A stretch of 64,000 nt of DNA from Camelus ferus (Eukaryota): positions 57,538,001 to 57,602,000 of the forward strand of contig NC_045696.1 in NCBI RefSeq assembly GCF_009834535.1. The letters run 5' to 3'. The first letter of the stretch is position 1, and each line of letters opens with the position of its first letter. Both the position numbers and the translations under genes were made by a program. The notes beneath the pieces were generated by a model that was not told the DNA's origin, searched no databases, and worked only from the letters and a program-made list of their open reading frames with translations. This document shows, piece by piece, positions 36,371 to 64,000 of this stretch.

Positions 36371-37370
36371 GAGGGTCATCATGCTTACCTGGGTAAAGAA
36401 AAACTCTGAAGTAAAGGCCTTTTGGTGAGCATTACACAGGACACACATATTCTCACACTCCAAGTTCATTCTGAGAGATCCCTTCACATACCTCTTTCCC
36501 AAGACCAACTTGTTACCAATCCTCATAGCTTATTCCTTTCATGGCCCTGGCTGTCCTGCCAAATCATTAGCCCCTATCCATGTATTAGTCTAGAGCTGCT
36601 CCACAGGCCAGCTTTCCTGTGGGCAAAATGGACAGTAAGTCGTCCTGTTTAAAATTCTGCCCACCGGATGGAATTCCCTATTCTTTTACTAAAGAGCCAC
36701 TCCTTGGTACGGCTGCTGCATTGCAGAAGCCAGCTCTAGCTGTCATGAAAAACTGTCTATAAACTAGGCTCAGATTTTTTTTTCTTCTTCAGTCAACTGG
36801 CCATAGAGAGCACTTCATGTGGCTTAAGCATAAAATGAGGGCAGGATGGCAATGCAACTGGAGTAGCACACCAAGAGTGAGAGCCACCTGCTCATCCAGT
36901 TTACTCTGGCTCAAGCCCAGTCCCAAATATACCACATGATGAAAGAGTGTTCCTGGGCATGCCTGACCCTATGGCTTGGTAGACCATGTCGGGCAGCTGG
37001 TATTCTACAGCCAAGTGAGTGTTCAGTCTCTACCACAGCCCAATAGCAAGCCAAGAGCCACCTCTCAAAATAAGGATAATTTTCAAAATAGGCAAGATTT
37101 TGCTCCAAAATCCTCTGGGCCTCTACTCTGCATCTCCCATCAGGGCTTCCACAGAGTCCACACAGCATCTTGATCAGTCATAGGTATTTTGCAAGCCACT
37201 GGACTCAATGGTCATAAATGGGGTGACCACGCAGTCTATCATCCAAACTAGGACAGTTCTGAGAGTAAAAGGAGACACTAGTAATAAGTATCCTGGGACA
37301 ACAGGCAGGCATAAATTAAAACTATCTTGAGCTGTATGGCCATCCAGAGTCATAAGAGCCAAATGATTAA
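36371..37370 (-). mobile_element. ERVL internal remnant, pol (RT-tether/RNase H) part
   Basis: Minus-strand peptides NYPYFERWLLACYWAVVETE...HAQEHSFIMWYIWDWA and IGNKLVLGK...CVLCNAHQKA resemble ERVL pol. Confidence 0.75.
37219..37348 (+). mobile_element. MER81-like hAT-Blackjack MITE
   Basis: tggggtgacca...tatcatccaaactaggacagttctgagagtaaaagg...ctgggacaacaggc...gtatggccatcc; 8-bp TSD gtcataaa (37211-37218) / gtcataag (37349-37356). Confidence 0.75.
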
Positions 37371-37527
37371 TTTGTTTACTACGTGTCCGTGACCAATCAG
37401 TGCACACTGAAAGATGAATCCAGGAAATTTTGATAGAGAACTCTCGATTCTAAGATATCCTGGATTAGGCTATTAAATTTCAAAGTAAGAAATCTTCAGG
37501 TGTTCAGACAGAAAAAGTAAATATTTA

Positions 37528-37712
37528 ATCAGTTCTTGAACTTTAGCATGCATGAGAAACACCTGAATGGTTTGTTAAACCAGATTACTGGATTCTATGC
37601 TCCAAGTTTCTAATTCAGTAGCTACAAAGTGGGGACTGAAAATTTTCATTTTAATGAATTCCCAGGTAATATTAATGCTGCTGATCCAGGGACCATACTT
37701 TAAAAGCCACTG
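37528..37712. mobile_element. MER5A-like hAT-Charlie MITE
   Basis: cagttcttgaactttagcatgcat...ttcccaggtaatattaatgctgctgatccagggaccatacttt...ccactg. Confidence 0.7.
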
Positions 37713-38748
37713 ATCTACAAAGAAAAGAAAAAATCCCCGTAGACTGTCCTCATGTTTTTCCACAGCAGCATTCAATACCAAAACATAATGGAGAAGTTGG
37801 TACAATATTCTAAAGAAAAAAATTATATCAAAATTTGATTGAATTTTTAGGGTCACTGACAGCTTTCATAAACATGAATGAACTTAAGGAAGATTGCCTT
37901 TATGAGAGAACCTCTTGCAAAAGCTGTGTGTGATGAAATCCAGATAAGAAAAGATGAATAAAAATAAAGAACTCGGGGATGGAGAAGCTGTGTTAAATAT
38001 AAAACAAATACTAATTATGAGAAAGATGACTGTAAAGCAGGTTATAAATATAAACTTTGGTAAAATAATACTTATGTATATGAAGATAGAATAATATATC
38101 TCATCTATAAGGGATGAAATATGTAAACCAAAATTTGAGCCTCTCTTTAAGAAAGGCATCATCAACTTTAACTTAAAAGGAAACTAAACAAGATCAATAA
38201 CAGGTCCTAAAAGTACTTTTTAAATTCAGACACTATGTTGTAAATCACTTTTTTTCTGCTAATAGAATCTAGAGGGAACGATATATAATTTATGACCTGA
38301 GTATCGAAAGGAAGGTTGTATTTACTAATTCAGGTTCAGGTGAGGTCTCCAGTAATACAAAACCTGACTACGCCCTATCTTACCTACGATTTCTTTCCTG
38401 TATTTTCCTGCTATTCAAGGTAAGGAAATGAAGACTCTTGTGCTATCAAACTGTCTAATGATTAATCTGAAATGCAAATCTTTGTCAAGAATTATGAAAT
38501 ATGTTTGAGATAATGAAAAGTCCAAACACCTGGCTAGTTCCTGTCTTGATATTTTGGAACTTAAAATGAACTTTAAGAACTCTGTCCATGACACACCCCA
38601 ACAGAAGTGCAGCATTTATCTCTACAGAATTATAAAAGACCAGAACAGCTTTTGATTTAATATGGTCATCCTTCTGCAGAATTTGGAAAACATCCTGAAT
38701 AAAAATTATTTCTTTTTCAGGTTTTATAAATTAAATATAACTGGGAAC

Positions 38749-38754
38749 TTTATT
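38749..38754 (-). terminator. Candidate ILDR1 polyadenylation signal
   Basis: AATAAA on the minus strand about 1.14 kb after the stop; another AATAAA lies at 39131-39136. Confidence 0.35.
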
Positions 38755-39889
38755 CTGACAAGACTAAATTGGGAGGTGAGGAGCAGAGAGATTAGAGGAA
38801 ATATGAGAGTTGCTAGCATTCTCATATTTATACCAAGAAGTCCATTTGAAACCTGGGATTTTAAAGCACAGGGATGCCAATTGCTCACCATTTTCCTTTA
38901 TCTTTTTTCATAGTCTGAGGTGGGGAGGGGGGCTCTTTAGAAAAAATCCTGGAAATGAAAGATTTTAACAAAACCTCTAGTTTCTTTCACTTCAATTTCT
39001 TGTCTTCTGTTAAAGAAAAAAGTTTTTAATTAAAATTAGAATTCATTTGAACACATTTTAAAAGGATTTTTATCACTATATGTGCAGAGAAAAAATTTTG
39101 GAATGGTGTTCATCTACTATACTTCAGATTTTTATTGTGGTATAGTAGCCATATCATAGGAGTCACTCCTTTTAAGTGTACAATTTAATGACTGTTGCTC
39201 CCAAGAAGCATTTAAAATGGTTTTAGTGGATAAATACTATATAAGAACATATAAATTAGATGTAGGGGGAAAAAAAGAGGAAAACAAAGGACAGGAATAA
39301 GACTGGTACAAAATTGCTCCTCTGTGACTTTCTACACTTATAAGAAGTAGCCCATGAGAGGGCACATGGCTGGAGTTATTTCCTGCGCCATCTCTGGGTG
39401 GACCCTCAGAGGAACTCAGGACCAGTCTTGGGGGCAGTAGACTCATAACATGGAAGGATCCTCTAGATATGCTATAGGGAGAGACAAGTTTCCATGGAAA
39501 TCTCCCTGTCATACTCCATAGATTTCCTCTTAAAGATTCCTCACTTTGAGAATGGCCATGGTTCTGAGCAGTGTAATGTAGTTGAAGACCCAGGCTACTA
39601 AGTTCCTGAGGGATCACATCCCAGTTAGGGTTCATTACAAGTCAGAGACTATCTAAATATCAGAGTGTGAAACAAGGATAAAACTAGAACCATTAATTCC
39701 TCAAACTTCTTAAAAAAATTCTATTTGATTCTCAGAATCTAACCCAAAACCATTAGCTACAAACTTATGGTTAGATACAAACTCTCAAGTCAGCTGGAAA
39801 GTCCCTCCCAAGTCAGCTGGACATCTCGGTGATGCTGATGACACTCGGGAGCTGAGAAGCAGCCGCAGAAGTAGTGCTGTGTTCAGTGA

Positions 39890-62517
<22,628 letters not shown>

Positions 62518-63630
62518 TCACAGGCAGTCTGAGTTCTTCCTGAACCTGGGCAGGATGAGGGGTGGAGACTGCACAGACTCCTCGGGGAGAAGGCAGAGAA
62601 AACGGGAAAGGAAGATGACTCCCAAGTTGCACATGGTCCACAGGGAGTGTTACCACATCCAACAGTGATCAAGAAATGATATTAGAAGAAGGCCATATAC
62701 GTATTGGAATGATTTGTTAATGTTTGTGCTTTTTCATGTCACTCTTCAAATGTTTTCCCATTTTCCTAAGGGTAAAGTTCAACTTCTGTACCCTGGCCAG
62801 TCAGGTTTGCCCTCAGCCTTTCTCTGCGGCCTCATCCCTCTCACGCACCACCCCACACTCAGGGTTTCAGCCACCCTGAACTTGCCTCAGTCCTTCCCAT
62901 GGTAGGATTGCTGTCTTCCCCAGGTCTCCCCACATGGGGACCTCTCAGCCGGAGCACTATTCCATGTCACCAGCCACCACTCCACTCCCTTCACCAGGCC
63001 AAGTACTATTTACTCCTTAGGTCTTCAGCTGTGCCCTCACCTCCTCAAGAAGCCTTCCCTGACTGATAACCTGGGAAAGGGGCCTCCCTCTGTTTTCCCA
63101 AAGTGCCTCATCTGATGCCCAGGCAGTGCTTTTCACAATTCTCGGGAATGGCCTGGCTCCTGTAGGCTCTGAGAAAGCTGGCTGGGTTTGTCTCTGACTC
63201 ACTGTTCAAACACAAGAGCCTCATACTGTGCCTGTCACCTCCTTGTCACCCAACAAATATCTTTGAATGATGGAATGAATAACCAAGAATACATTAACCA
63301 GTGCAAACTGGCAGTACAGCTGGTTAACATAAGCATAAAGCAAAGAAAACAAAAATGATCAGACTGTAACAAGTTTTATCAAAAAAGACTTGAAGGAATT
63401 AAAATTTTTTCTTTTCACTTTTTAAAAACTTCCCACCCTTCCCCACCAAATCTACAGACACACTTAAAGCTCCAGCTCCGTGCTGACAAGGAACCAGGTG
63501 GCACAGAAATGTCAGGTGTGACTCTGGCATGGTCAGAGGTCCACACGTAACCAGCATCTTTGAACATTCCTATGTCAATACCAATTCTAGGCTGTCATGG
63601 GGGTCTTCTCTTAGGAGGTTTAGTGTAGAA

Positions 63631-63807
63631 CAGTAGGACTCAAACTTGAGCGTGCACCGCCAGGAGGACTCGTGCCAGCCCAGATCACTGTCAGCAGGGA
63701 TTTCAAAAGCAGTGGGACTTGGGTGGGATCCAAGAACTTACGTTTATAACAAATTCCCAGGAGATGCTGACACTACTGCTCTGGGTGGTGTACTTTGAGA
63801 ACCACTG
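63631..63807. mobile_element. MER5A-like MITE
   Basis: cagtaggactcaaacttgagcgtgc...taacaaattcccaggagatgctga...actttgagaaccactg. Confidence 0.7.
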
Positions 63808-64000
63808 GTGTAGACTAGCTAAAATAAACCCAGGCTTTGGGTTCAAATTTGAACCCACAACTGGGTTCAAATCAAACTTTACTACTTACTTGGACATTGG
63901 ACAAGTTATTTATTCTCTCTAAGCTTGTGTTTCCCTCAGCTACGAATGAAGATTATAATAGTACTAACCGCATTAGATCCTGGCAACAATGCAATGAGAT

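Overview
Mammalian genomic DNA, most likely a camelid, because it carries six tRNA-derived SINEs of the vic-1 type. Two known genes converge tail-to-tail. SLC15A2 (PEPT2 proton-coupled oligopeptide transporter) is on the + strand: coding exons 2-22 at 104-27470, 2085 nt in frame, all GT-AG, exon 1 upstream of the window. ILDR1 (angulin-2, tricellular tight-junction Ig protein) is on the - strand: exons 2-8 at 62390-39890, 1589 nt in frame, exon 1 beyond the window end. The rest is intronic/intergenic DNA rich in transposon fossils (L1, L2, CR1/L3, MIR, MaLR LTRs, ERVL internal sequence, hAT MITEs). I see no new gene system. The most notable details are: (1) a tiny polyadenylated, TSD-flanked retrocopy of an LTR 3' end in the probable SLC15A2 3'UTR; (2) mirror-image NF-kB/AP-1 motif pairs bracketing ILDR1 exon 3; (3) a 6-kb doubly deleted L1 with a nested SINE/L1 stack in ILDR1's last intron; (4) an ERVL remnant whose gag and pol halves face opposite ways; (5) a possible exon-7 read-through ILDR1 isoform; (6) a few apparent lineage-specific coding changes. 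Repeat family names and human comparisons come from recalled consensus/protein sequences and need database confirmation.
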